Positions 28,496 through 37,397 of a stretch of 64,000 nucleotides of DNA are shown here, piece after piece. The notes below the pieces were generated by a model. It was not told where the DNA came from, did not search any database, and saw only the letters and a program-made list of their open reading frames with translations. Within the stretch, counting starts at the first letter, position 1. Each line of letters opens with the position of its first letter. Both the position numbers and the translations under genes were made by a program. Origin of the DNA: an uncultured Gemmatimonadales bacterium (GTDB lineage: Bacteria > Gemmatimonadota > Gemmatimonadetes > Longimicrobiales > RSA9); contig CAWCUS010000006.1 of assembly GCA_963798845.1 (NCBI GenBank), forward strand, positions 928,001-992,000, given 5' to 3'.

Positions 28496-29415
28496 AGGAG
28501 GAGCGGATGTCCAGCGAGGGCGAGCCCGGGTCGGAGCCGCGACGGGACGCGACGGAGGACGCGGCGTCGGCACCGTCCGAAGCGGAGGCGGAGCACGATT
28601 TCCCGCGCACTCTGGCCGAGCGCATGGCGAAGCGTCTGGGGATCAACGTCCCGGACCGGAAGAACGCTCGCCTCGCGCGCCTGATCGAGCGCATCAACCG
28701 GGATGACGAGCTGTACGCGCTCTGGACCGCGGCGAACGTGAACGCCATCACGCGTCTGGGCATGACCGATCACGGGCCGGTGCACGTGAAGATCGTCATG
28801 AACATCGCCATCCGTCTGCTCCACCTGCTCCAGGAGGCGGGCGTCGAGCCGAACATCGTCAAGGATCACGGCCTCACCCCCGACGACGCAGGGGTGGTCG
28901 TGGCGCTCGCCGCCCTCTGCCACGACCTCGGCATGAGCGTGCACAGGTCGGGGCACGAGGAGATGTCTCTATTCATCGCGCAGATGAAGCTGCGCGAGAT
29001 CCTCGCCGAGGAATACGACGTCGCCACCGCCACCATCATCCGGAGCGAGGTCCTGCACGCCATCATCGCCCACCGCTCCGGCGGGTCGCCCCTCACGCTG
29101 GAGGCCGGGATCGTGCGGATCGCGGACGCGCTGGACATGGCAAAGGGGCGCTCGCGGATCCCGTTCGAGCAGGGGAGCTCGGTGAGCATCCACAGCGTGT
29201 CGGCGGCCGCGATCGAGCGCGTCCACATCGACCGCGGCGAGACCAAGCCGATCCGACTGCTCATCGAGATGACGAACTCCGCAGGCGTGTTCCAGCTCGA
29301 CCAGCTCTTCCGCGAAAAGCTGAAGGGGAGCGGTCTCGAGCGGTACATCGAGCTGGAGGCGGAGATCGAGGGGGAGCGGGAGAAGCGGCTGGTTTCGGGA
29401 ACGTTCAGGTTGTAG
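28492..29415 (+). CDS. HD-domain metal-dependent phosphohydrolase
   Basis: TDHGPVH, LCHDLGM, AIIAH and RIADALD. Start overlaps the purK stop (ATGA). Confidence 0.85.
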   Translation: MKEERMSSEGEPGSEPRRDATEDAASAPSEAEAEHDFPRTLAERMAKRLGINVPDRKNARLARLIERINRDDELYALWTAANVNAITRLGMTDHGPVHVKIVMNIAIRLLHLLQEAGVEPNIVKDHGLTPDDAGVVVALAALCHDLGMSVHRSGHEEMSLFIAQMKLREILAEEYDVATATIIRSEVLHAIIAHRSGGSPLTLEAGIVRIADALDMAKGRSRIPFEQGSSVSIHSVSAAAIERVHIDRGETKPIRLLIEMTNSAGVFQLDQLFREKLKGSGLERYIELEAEIEGEREKRLVSGTFRL

Positions 29416-29421
29416 CGGACC

Positions 29422-29470
29422 GCCGAGGTGCCGGGCTGCCCGGGAAACCCGGGTGCTTCGGCACGTCGGC
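29422..29470. terminator. Long imperfect hairpin between convergent genes
   Basis: GCCGA-GGTGCCG...CCCGGG-AAA-CCCGGG...CGGCAC-GTCGGC. Confidence 0.5.
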
Positions 29471-29497
29471 AGTCGGGATTCTCGGCTTTTCGGCTTC

Positions 29498-30628
29498 TCA
29501 CCCTCCCGTGAACCCGCCTCGTGCGAACCTCCACCTCGCGGCCGCGAAGCCGAGACTGGCCAGGATCACCAGTCCCAGATAGCTGGGCCAGAGCTCCCGC
29601 AGGCCTTCGCCTTTGAGGAAGACGGGGCGGACGATGGCGAGGAAGTGGCGGATCGGGTTGGCGAGGGTGAGCCACTGAAAGAGCGGCGGCATGGTGAAGA
29701 TGGGGAACATGAAGCCGCTCAGGATGATGGCTGGCATGAAGAAGAGGAACATCACCATCAGGGCCTCCTGCTGGGTCCGGGAGATGGTGGAAATGAGGAG
29801 GCCGAAGGAGAGCCCGGCGACGATGTAGATGACCGCGGCGAGGAGAAGGACCAGGAGGTTGCCGCGGAACGGTATCCCGAACCATGCGATGGCGACGACC
29901 ATGACGAGCGTCAGCTGAACCATGGCGATGAGCGCCACGGGCAGCGTCTTTCCGAGGATGAACTCCGCGGGACGGAGCGGCGTCACCATGAGCTGCTCCA
30001 GGGTGCCGAGCTCGCGCTCGCGCACGACCGTGATGGAGGTCAGGAGCAGGCTCATGAGCATGACGATGACCCCGAGCACGGCCGGCACGTTGTACACGCG
30101 GCTGGCCAGGTCGGGGTTGTACCATGCGCGGATGCGCAGATCGACCCCCTGGGGAGGCGTGCCCGCCTGCTCTGCCACCCTGCGGGCGGCGAACTGGCGG
30201 ATGATCCGGAGGGCGTTGCCCTGAGCTACGGTGGCGGTGTTGGAGTTGGTCCCGTCCACGAGCACCTGGACCGTCGCGCCATCGCCCTCGAGGTCGGCGC
30301 TGTAGCCGGCTGGGATCTCGATTCCGACGATGGCCTTCCCCTTGTCGAGGGCGCGGGTCAGGTCCGCGGGCCGCTCCGAGCGGTCCACCACGCGGAAGTA
30401 TCCGGAGGCGGTGAGGCCATCGATGAGCTGGCGGGACTCCTGGGTGGCGTCGTGGTCCACGACGAACATGGGGGTCTGGCGGATGTCGGTGTTCACCGCG
30501 TAGCCGAAGATCACGAGCTGGACCACGGGCGCGACGAAGACGATCCTCTTGGTCCGCGGGTCGCGGAATATCTGGCGGAGCTCCTTGCGCAGCAGGCGGA
30601 GGACGCGCCTGGGCTCGATGCCGATCAC
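29498..30628 (-). CDS. ABC-2 type permease (YbhR-like)
   Basis: KELRQIFRDPR, RERELGTLEQLMVTPL and LSGFMFPI. Confidence 0.9.
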   Translation of the reverse strand: MIGIEPRRVLRLLRKELRQIFRDPRTKRIVFVAPVVQLVIFGYAVNTDIRQTPMFVVDHDATQESRQLIDGLTASGYFRVVDRSERPADLTRALDKGKAIVGIEIPAGYSADLEGDGATVQVLVDGTNSNTATVAQGNALRIIRQFAARRVAEQAGTPPQGVDLRIRAWYNPDLASRVYNVPAVLGVIVMLMSLLLTSITVVRERELGTLEQLMVTPLRPAEFILGKTLPVALIAMVQLTLVMVVAIAWFGIPFRGNLLVLLLAAVIYIVAGLSFGLLISTISRTQQEALMVMFLFFMPAIILSGFMFPIFTMPPLFQWLTLANPIRHFLAIVRPVFLKGEGLRELWPSYLGLVILASLGFAAARWRFARGGFTGG

Positions 30629-31740
30629 GCGATCTCCTTCCTGAACACGTGGGTGGCGAGGCCGAGGCCGACCACGGCGAAGGCGATCATGAGCACCGAC
30701 TGGACCCAGAGCACCCCCGGGCCCACGCCCTTGAGCATGATCCCGCGCGTGACCACGACGAAGTAGCGCGCCGGCACGAGGTAGGTGACCAGCCGGAGCA
30801 CCCGCGGCATGGCTTCGATCTCGAAGAGGAAGCCGGAAAGGAGCATGGCCGGGAGCAGGGTGGTGATGAGCGCGATCTGGGTCGCGAGGAACTGGCTGCG
30901 CGTGGCCGCGGAGATGAATACCCCGAGCCCCAGGGCGCCCACCAGGAAGAGCACGGTCTGGGCGAAGAACACCACCACGGAGCCGCGGAACGGGACGCCG
31001 AAGATCAGCACGCCCGCGATCACGATCGTGGCCACGTCGAAGACGCCGATGCCCACGTACGGCGCCAGCTTGCCCAGGATGATCTCGAGCCGCGTGGCGG
31101 GCGTGGCTGCCAGCTGCTCCATGGTCCCGCGCTCCCATTCGCGGGCGATGGTGAGCGCCGTGAGCATGGCCGAGATGGTCATCATGATCACCGCGATCAG
31201 CCCGGGCACGATCATGTTCCGGCTCTCGAGCGTGGGATTGTACCACGTCCGCACCTCCGCGCTGAGCGGGGACGTCATGCTTCGCCCGCGTAGCACGACG
31301 TCGCGCGACCAGCGATCCACCACGGCGTCGGCGTAGTTGTGCGCGATGGTGGCCGTGTTCGCGTCGGCGCCGTCCAGGAGGAGCTGCACCGCGGCGCCGC
31401 GACCGGCCGCGAGGTCGGCGGCGAAGCGGGGCGGGATGACCAGCACCGATGTGGCGTCGCCCCTTCCCACGGCCGCGTCGATCTGGCCGAAGGACGAGAG
31501 TCGCCCTTCGATGTCGAAGTAGCCGCTGGCCTCGAAGGCGGCCACGAGCCCCCGGCTGCGGGCGGTGTTGTCCTGGTCGAACACCACCAGCTCCAGGTCG
31601 CGCACGTCCCACTTCAGGGCGTAGCCGAAGAAGAGGAGCATGAGCACGGGGAGCGCGAAAGCCAGCGCCATGCTGCGCGGGTCCCGTCGCAGCTGGATCC
31701 ATTCCTTGCGCGCGATGGCACGCAGCCGAGTCCAGCTCAT
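30625..31740 (-). CDS. ABC-2 type permease (YbhS-like)
   Basis: KEWIQLRRDPR, WYNPTL and AREWERGTMEQL. Confidence 0.9.
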   Translation of the reverse strand: MSWTRLRAIARKEWIQLRRDPRSMALAFALPVLMLLFFGYALKWDVRDLELVVFDQDNTARSRGLVAAFEASGYFDIEGRLSSFGQIDAAVGRGDATSVLVIPPRFAADLAAGRGAAVQLLLDGADANTATIAHNYADAVVDRWSRDVVLRGRSMTSPLSAEVRTWYNPTLESRNMIVPGLIAVIMMTISAMLTALTIAREWERGTMEQLAATPATRLEIILGKLAPYVGIGVFDVATIVIAGVLIFGVPFRGSVVVFFAQTVLFLVGALGLGVFISAATRSQFLATQIALITTLLPAMLLSGFLFEIEAMPRVLRLVTYLVPARYFVVVTRGIMLKGVGPGVLWVQSVLMIAFAVVGLGLATHVFRKEIA

Positions 31741-31757
31741 GGGCGCGCGCACCCCGG

Positions 31758-32780
31758 CTATCCTTCCACCGCGCCGCCTTCGCGGCGGATCAGGGCGACG
31801 AAGACGTCCTCGAGCGATGGCGCCACGCGGGCCACGCGCGAAGGCGGGTGGCCGGCCGCTTCCAGCGCGCTCCGGATGCCGGCCTCCGCTTCTCGGCGCG
31901 TCATGACGTGGACCACGCGGCCGAACATGGCGGCCTCCAGCACGGCAGGGGAGTGCCGCAGCGCTTCGACGGCCGCGGCCGGGTCATCGACGACCACCTC
32001 GTAGAGCGGGAGGTCGAGGCGCTGTCGGAGCGCGGCCGGCCGGTCGAGGGCGATGAGGCGGCCGCGATTCATGAGCGCGAGCCGGTGGCAGTACTCGGCC
32101 TCTTCCATGTAGTGGGTGCTCACGAGCACGGTCGTCCCTCCGGCGGACAGATCGTCGATCAGGTCCCAGAAGCGGCGTCGCGAGAGCGGGTCCACGCCGG
32201 ACGTGGGCTCGTCCAGGAACAGGATCGGGGGCTGGTGGAGCACCGCGCACCCGAGGGCGAGGCGCTGCTTCCAGCCGAGGGGAAGGTCCGCGGTCATGCG
32301 GTCGGCCTGGCCGTCGAGCCCCGCCATGGACAGGGCCCAGCGACGCCGCTCCTCGTAACGATCGCCGGTGACCCCGTACAGCCCCGCGAACAGCTCGATG
32401 TTCTCGTCCACTGTGAGATCGCCGTACAGGGAGAACAGCTGAGACATGTAGCCGATCCGCTGGCGGAGCGCGTCGCCACCCGTGCGCGCGTCCACCCCGG
32501 CGACCGTGGCCTCGCCCGACGTGGGCTGGAGCAGCCCGATCAGCATCTTGATGGTCGTGGTCTTGCCCGCGCCGTTCGGGCCCAGGAACGCGAAGATCTC
32601 GCCCTCGCGCACGTCGAAGCTGACGTCGTCGACCGCCGTGAAGTCGCCGAACCTGCGCGTCAGGTTGCGGACGCGCACGGCCGGGGAGGCGGAGCCGTCG
32701 GCCGGCGCCGGGGTGGCGCCGGCATCGGGCGCCCGCTCGTCCGGCTGGCCGGAGCCGCCGGTCGTCGCCCGCTCAGCCAT
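31758..32780 (-). CDS. ABC transporter ATP-binding protein
   Basis: GPNGAGKTT, LPLGWKQRL, FLDEPTSG and STHYMEEAE. Confidence 0.93.
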   Translation of the reverse strand: MAERATTGGSGQPDERAPDAGATPAPADGSASPAVRVRNLTRRFGDFTAVDDVSFDVREGEIFAFLGPNGAGKTTTIKMLIGLLQPTSGEATVAGVDARTGGDALRQRIGYMSQLFSLYGDLTVDENIELFAGLYGVTGDRYEERRRWALSMAGLDGQADRMTADLPLGWKQRLALGCAVLHQPPILFLDEPTSGVDPLSRRRFWDLIDDLSAGGTTVLVSTHYMEEAEYCHRLALMNRGRLIALDRPAALRQRLDLPLYEVVVDDPAAAVEALRHSPAVLEAAMFGRVVHVMTRREAEAGIRSALEAAGHPPSRVARVAPSLEDVFVALIRREGGAVEG

Positions 32781-33741
32781 GGTCGCTCGCCCAGACCTGC
32801 TCGATGAACACGTCCTCCAGCGACGCGGTGACGGGACGGATCTCGCGAACGGTCACGCCGGCGTCGTGGAGCGCCCGCCGGACCGCATCCGCGGAGACCT
32901 CTCCTGCCACCACGGCGTGGACCGTCTCCCCGAAGAGCGACGCGCGCTCCACGGCCGGGGAGGCCCGGAGGGCGTCGCGTGCAGCCCTGGGGTCGTCCGC
33001 CCGCACCTCTACGACGCCGGAGAGGCGCTGCTGGAGGGCGTCGGGCGTGTCGAGCGCGAGGACGCGCCCGTGGTGGAGGAAGGCGACGCGGTCGCATCGC
33101 TCCGCCTCGTCCATGTAGGCGGTGGAAACCAGGATGGTGACGCCTTCCTGCACCATCTCGTGGAGGATGAGCCAGAGGTCGCGGCGGGAGATCGGATCGA
33201 CGCCGAACGTGGGCTCGTCCAGCAGGAGGATGTCGGGGCGGTGGATCAGGGCGCAGGAGAGCGAGAGCTTCTGCTTCATCCCGCCCGAGAGCTTTCCCGC
33301 CAGACGATCCTGGAACTCCTCCAGGTTGCTGAAGGCGAAGAGGCGCTCGAGCCGTTGCTTCCGCTCGCGACGCGGCACGCGGTAGAGGTCGGCATAGAAG
33401 TCGAGGTTCTCCCGAACCGTCAGGTCCTCGTAGAGACCGAACCTCTGCGCCATGTACGCCACGTGGGGGCGGATGAGGTCGGGCTCCCGGGCCACCGAGA
33501 ACCCGGCCACCAGAGCGTCGCCCGAGGTCGGACGCACCACGCCCGCGAGAATGCGCAGCGTGGTGGTCTTCCCGGCCCCGTCCGGGCCCACCAGGCCGAA
33601 CAGCTCGCCGCGCGAGACCCGGAACGTGAGCCCGTCGACAGCCACGAGGTCGCCGAATCGGCGGGACAGCCCATCGAGGACGACGGCATCCCCCGGAGCG
33701 TCCCCGGGCGGGGCCGTGGCCCCGGTCGGCACTTCCGACAT
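32773..33741 (-). CDS. ABC transporter ATP-binding protein
   Basis: GPDGAGKTT, LSGGMKQKL and LLDEPTFG. Confidence 0.93.
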   Translation of the reverse strand: MSEVPTGATAPPGDAPGDAVVLDGLSRRFGDLVAVDGLTFRVSRGELFGLVGPDGAGKTTTLRILAGVVRPTSGDALVAGFSVAREPDLIRPHVAYMAQRFGLYEDLTVRENLDFYADLYRVPRRERKQRLERLFAFSNLEEFQDRLAGKLSGGMKQKLSLSCALIHRPDILLLDEPTFGVDPISRRDLWLILHEMVQEGVTILVSTAYMDEAERCDRVAFLHHGRVLALDTPDALQQRLSGVVEVRADDPRAARDALRASPAVERASLFGETVHAVVAGEVSADAVRRALHDAGVTVREIRPVTASLEDVFIEQVWASDHG

Positions 33742-34751
33742 CAACCCTCCGACGGCGCGGCCTGTCCCGCGCTCCGGAGCAGCGTCACGTCCGCAGGGAC
33801 GCCAGGCTTCAGCTGGAGCTCCGGGTCGCCCGCGATCTCAACGCGCACCGCATACACCAGCTTCACCCGCTCTTCCTTCGTCTGGACGTTGCGGGGCGTG
33901 AACTCGGCCTCGCGCGCGATGAAGCTCACCCGGCCCGGGTAGTCGCGGTCCTCGAAGCTGTCGGAGGTGATGCGCGCGGCCTGTCCGAGCGAAACGGCGC
34001 CGATCCGGTCCTCCGGGATGTAGATCCGGACCCAGCGGTCCGCCGGGTCCATCACCGTGAGGACCGGAAGTCCGGGCTGCACGGTTTCCCCCTCCTCCCG
34101 GTGGCGGATGGTCACCACGCCGTCGAAGGGGGCGCGGATCTCGGCGTTCGCCAGCTGCGCTTCCACCTGCCGGACCTGCGCCTCCGCGGCCGAGACCGCC
34201 GCTTTCTGCGCTTCCACGCGCTGCGGACGCGGTCCGGTCTCCACCGCGCTCAGCTGCTCACGGACCTGGTCGAGCGACGCCTCGGCCACTTCGGCCGCGG
34301 TCTTCGCCTTGTCCAGCGCCTCCCGGCTGATCGCCCCGCCTTCGTACAGGTTGTTCGCCCGCTCGAGGTCCCGGCGCGCGTCTTCCATCCGCTGCGAGGC
34401 CGCCCGCACGCCGGCACGCCCCTGGGCCACCTCTTCCGGGCGGCCGCCCGCCTGCATCTCGGCGAGGACCGCCCGCGCACCCGCGAGCTGGGACTCAGCC
34501 GCGGCCTTCCGAGCGTCGAGCTCCGCCGCGTCCAGCCGGGCGAGGAACTGCCCCCGCGTCACCGGATCGCCCTCCCGCACCGCGATCGCCGCGATGCGTC
34601 CCGGGAGCTGGAAGCCGAGGTCCGCTTCCGTGGCCTCCACCGTGCCCGAGGCTTCCAGGCCTCCGTCGCCAGCGCCCGGGCGCAGCGCCAGGAACAGCAC
34701 GAGCGCAACGACAAGGGCTCCCACGACACCCACCGCGATCCGTCGCCTCAT
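33741..34751 (-). CDS. HlyD-family periplasmic adaptor (YbhG-like)
   Basis: N-terminal TM, SGTVEATE, IRAPFDGVV, EAEFTPRNVQT and LKPGVPADV. Confidence 0.92.
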   Translation of the reverse strand: MRRRIAVGVVGALVVALVLFLALRPGAGDGGLEASGTVEATEADLGFQLPGRIAAIAVREGDPVTRGQFLARLDAAELDARKAAAESQLAGARAVLAEMQAGGRPEEVAQGRAGVRAASQRMEDARRDLERANNLYEGGAISREALDKAKTAAEVAEASLDQVREQLSAVETGPRPQRVEAQKAAVSAAEAQVRQVEAQLANAEIRAPFDGVVTIRHREEGETVQPGLPVLTVMDPADRWVRIYIPEDRIGAVSLGQAARITSDSFEDRDYPGRVSFIAREAEFTPRNVQTKEERVKLVYAVRVEIAGDPELQLKPGVPADVTLLRSAGQAAPSEG

Positions 34752-36193
34752 CGCTCCACCTCTTCCGTCATCCGTTCCACCCAGTCCACGCTCAGGCGCC
34801 CGGTGGCCTGAGCCAGCCTCACCATCGCGTCCAGCACCGCGTGCCTCGCCTCCGACCGCGACGCCCTCGCCGAGAGCAGGTCCGCCTCCGCCTGCAGATA
34901 GTCCGTCTGCACCCCCGCGCCCGACTTCAGCGACAGCGCCTCGATCCTCGCCACCTCGGCCGATTGCGCCACTGCCGCGTCCAGCGCCTCGGCCCGAGCA
35001 CGGGCGGAGCGGTAGGCCAGCAGCGCACCGTCCACCGCGTCCGCTACCTGGCGACGAACCGACTCCGCGTCCGACGCCGCCGCAGACGCCTCGGCGCGCG
35101 CACGGTCCACCGCCCGGCCGCGCGCGCCCCCGGTGAAGACCGGGTAGCTGACCTGCACGCCGGCGTTCCATTCCGGCTGGAGGTCGATCGACGGGGAGCC
35201 GAAGGCGCTGTACACGCCGGACAGCGCAAGGCGGGGGAAGAACGCCGATCGCGCGCCGGACACGCCCGTCCTCGCCGCGGCGCTCCGGTCCTCCGCCTGC
35301 GCCACCCGCGGACTCTGCGCCAGCGCCTCGGCCACCAGGGAGTCCCGGTCGAGCGACGGCTCCCCAGCCGGCACGACAGGGGACAGGCGCGCGTCGAGCA
35401 CGCGCGCGTCCGCCAGACCCGAAACCCGCGCCAGCCGACGTCGAGCCAGCCGGAGCTGCTGCTCCGCCGATACCGCCTCCGCATGCGCCCGGCTCAGCGC
35501 GGCGTCCGTCCGGAGCACCGCCACGCGCGCGGCCTTCCCCTGGCCGAACATCAGCTGCGAACGGTCGTGCTCCTGCTCCAGCGCCGTCACCCGCTCCCGG
35601 TGGGCGGCCATCACCTCCTCCGCCGTGAGCACGGCGAGATACGACGACACCGCCTCGGCGATGACCGCGTCCGCCGACGCCTCCGCCCCCGCGCCCGCGG
35701 CCGCCGCCGCGTTCTCCGCAGCGCGCACCCGCGCCCGTCGGGCGCCGCCGTCGAACAACGTGTAGTCCAGCGAGGCGTGACCCTGGTACAGGGTCTCGTC
35801 GAACGTCGGCGGGTCGAGCGGGTCGAAGCCGTGCAGCGGCGCCACCACCATCGGCTCCTGGTACCGCTTCACGAGCGCGGACGTGGAGAGCGTGGGCAGC
35901 CACGCCGCCTTCGCTTCTCCCGCCGCCGCTTCCGCCGCGTCCCGCCGCGCCCGCGCCCCGGCCAGCGCCGGGTGCGTGGAGAGCGCAGAGGAGACCACTT
36001 CCGCCAGTGACAGCGGCCGCGCAGAGTCCGCTCCGGCCCCGCCTCCGGGGCCAGCCGGACCGTCGGCGCCCGAGCCGGGCAATGACGCCCCCGCAGCCGC
36101 GGGAAGGGATGTTCTCTCCTGCGCCGCCGCGCCGCCCGCCGCCAGCAACGCCGGCGCCGCAGCCAGCACCGCCAAGATCAACGCGATCCTCAT
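34748..36193 (-). CDS. TolC-family outer-membrane efflux protein
   Basis: Signal peptide, LSLAEVVSSAL, AWLPTL, YTLFDGG, SAFFPRL, YPVFTGG and LAQATG. Confidence 0.88.
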   Translation of the reverse strand: MRIALILAVLAAAPALLAAGGAAAQERTSLPAAAGASLPGSGADGPAGPGGGAGADSARPLSLAEVVSSALSTHPALAGARARRDAAEAAAGEAKAAWLPTLSTSALVKRYQEPMVVAPLHGFDPLDPPTFDETLYQGHASLDYTLFDGGARRARVRAAENAAAAAGAGAEASADAVIAEAVSSYLAVLTAEEVMAAHRERVTALEQEHDRSQLMFGQGKAARVAVLRTDAALSRAHAEAVSAEQQLRLARRRLARVSGLADARVLDARLSPVVPAGEPSLDRDSLVAEALAQSPRVAQAEDRSAAARTGVSGARSAFFPRLALSGVYSAFGSPSIDLQPEWNAGVQVSYPVFTGGARGRAVDRARAEASAAASDAESVRRQVADAVDGALLAYRSARARAEALDAAVAQSAEVARIEALSLKSGAGVQTDYLQAEADLLSARASRSEARHAVLDAMVRLAQATGRLSVDWVERMTEEVER

Positions 36194-36816
36194 GGTCTCA
36201 ACGCGTTCAGGATGAATTCGGGCAGCCGCTCCTTTCGCTCCTCCAGCAGATCGGCATACCCCTCCTCCCCCACCCCGAGCACCACGCGCAGGAGCGGCCG
36301 CCCGGCAAAGGGGAACATGACCAGCGAGAACAGGTTCAGGACGAGCTCCTCCGCCGAAATCGACCGGATTCGCCCCGCCTCCGCCTCCTCCCTCAGCTGA
36401 CGGCCCACCGCCGTGAGCACCGATTCCCCCATCCGCTCCAGCTGCGCCCCGGCCGCCGCCGCGAATGCCTCCTTCACCCGCTCCGGGTGGTGCGTCAGCT
36501 CGCCCAGGACGTACCCCGGCAGGAACGGACTGCGACGCAGCTCCTCCGTCTCCACCTCCACTACCCGCCGCACCTTCTCCTCCAGTGGAACTGCCGAGCA
36601 CAGGATCCCGATCACCTGCGGCAGGAGGCTCGCCAGCGCCCGCCGGAACACCGCCAGCGCCAGCCCATCCTTGCTGCGGAAGTAGTAGTGCAGCAGGGCC
36701 TTGTTCACCCCCGCCTCGTCCGCCACCTCCTGCATCCGCGCCCCCGCCGTCCCCTTTCGCAGGAAGACCGCGTGCGCCGCGTCCAGGATGCGTTCTTCAG
36801 TCTCTCGTTCGGGCAT
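36190..36816 (-). CDS. TetR/AcrR-family transcriptional regulator
   Basis: RILDAAHAVF..KG...MQEVADEAGVNKALLHYYFRSK. First gene of the efflux operon. Confidence 0.95.
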   Translation of the reverse strand: MPERETEERILDAAHAVFLRKGTAGARMQEVADEAGVNKALLHYYFRSKDGLALAVFRRALASLLPQVIGILCSAVPLEEKVRRVVEVETEELRRSPFLPGYVLGELTHHPERVKEAFAAAAGAQLERMGESVLTAVGRQLREEAEAGRIRSISAEELVLNLFSLVMFPFAGRPLLRVVLGVGEEGYADLLEERKERLPEFILNALRP

Positions 36817-36818
36817 TC

Positions 36819-36847
36819 TTAACCATGCAGTTTAACTGGATGGTAAA
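36819..36847. promoter_or_regulatory. Putative TetR operator (29-bp imperfect palindrome)
   Basis: TTAACCATGCAGTTTAACTGGATGGTAAA; 12 of 14 arm positions pair. AT-rich and directly upstream of the tetR start. Confidence 0.75.
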
Positions 36848-36875
36848 GATTGCCACACGGCGGGCGTCGTGTCAA
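36847..36875 (-). promoter_or_regulatory. Sigma70-type promoter of the tetR-efflux operon
   Basis: Minus strand TTGACA (36875-36870), 17 nt, CAATCT (36852-36847), with TGn extension. The start site would fall in the palindrome. Confidence 0.6.
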
Positions 36876-37053
36876 GACCGAGCTCACACACCACAGGCCA
36901 GCAGGAGGGGATGGAGCCGGGGGCGGGGAACGGGGGCAGGGCGGGAGCCGATCGAGGAGGGCACGAGGAGGAGGTGGGGAGGGGGTGAGGAGGGGGCAGG
37001 ACGGGGCGCGGCGGACCGCGCTGCCGGGATTCCGGACCTCAGTGTCCAAGAGC

Positions 37054-37082
37054 TTGTGCGGGAACGGGATCGACGCTAGCTT
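37054..37082 (+). promoter_or_regulatory. Sigma70-type promoter of an unannotated transcript
   Basis: TTGTGC (37054-37059), 17 nt, TAGCTT (37077-37082). Confidence 0.55.
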
Positions 37083-37207
37083 GTTGGCGTCGCCGGAATC
37101 GGCGGCTGGGCCCAAGGCCGACGTCCCAGGGGGCGCGGCCGGGGGACCGCGGGGAAGACCCCGCTGGTGCCAACGCCCGATGTTTCATTCTGAAAAGGAG
37201 GTGATCC

Positions 37208-37273
37208 TTGTCAAGTGGTTCCAGTACTGTGCGCGACCTGACACGGGCAAGCGATCGCCTGATCGGCGCCTAG
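37208..37273 (+). CDS. Candidate 21-aa peptide MSSGSSTVRDLTRASDRLIGA
   Basis: TTG start 6 nt after GGAGG within an extended Shine-Dalgarno, and TAG at 37271-37273. Below the ORF-track cutoff. Confidence 0.4.
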   Translation: MSSGSSTVRDLTRASDRLIGA

Positions 37274-37353
37274 CCGAGAGGTATTCGCAGGACGCTGTCC
37301 GAAGACCGACGGGTGCCGATCGCGGCATTGCGTCAGGATCGCGACAGGAAATA

Positions 37354-37386
37354 GAGCGCCGCCGGTTCTGGGAACCGGCGGCGCTC
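37354..37386. terminator. Perfect 15-bp hairpin, probable bidirectional terminator
   Basis: GAGCGCCGCCGGTTC-TGG-GAACCGGCGGCGCTC, followed by GTCATTT on + and TATTT on -. Lies 11 nt from the DUF302 stop. Confidence 0.75.
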
Positions 37387-37397
37387 GTCATTTCGGG

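Larger units (their letters stand above)
37089..37392 (+). ncRNA. Candidate structured RNA or small-ORF mRNA of unknown family
   Basis: Promoter upstream, terminator downstream, several helices visible by eye, and internal AAAGGAGGTGATCC (see findings). Confidence 0.5.

Noticed and set aside
37194..37207. 16S rRNA gene fragment on the minus strand (GGATCACCTCCTTT)
   Set aside because: The match stops after 14 nt. The adjacent helix-45 sequence (plus-strand continuation such as AGCCGCA...) is absent, so it is treated as an extended SD-like element rather than rRNA.
37089..37392. Identification of the structured RNA as tmRNA, RNase P RNA, SRP RNA or tRNA
   Set aside because: I see no tRNA-like ends or T-loop, no GAGGAAAGTCC, and no SRP domain IV motif. 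6S RNA cannot be excluded by eye, but the length and internal SD/ORF do not fit well.
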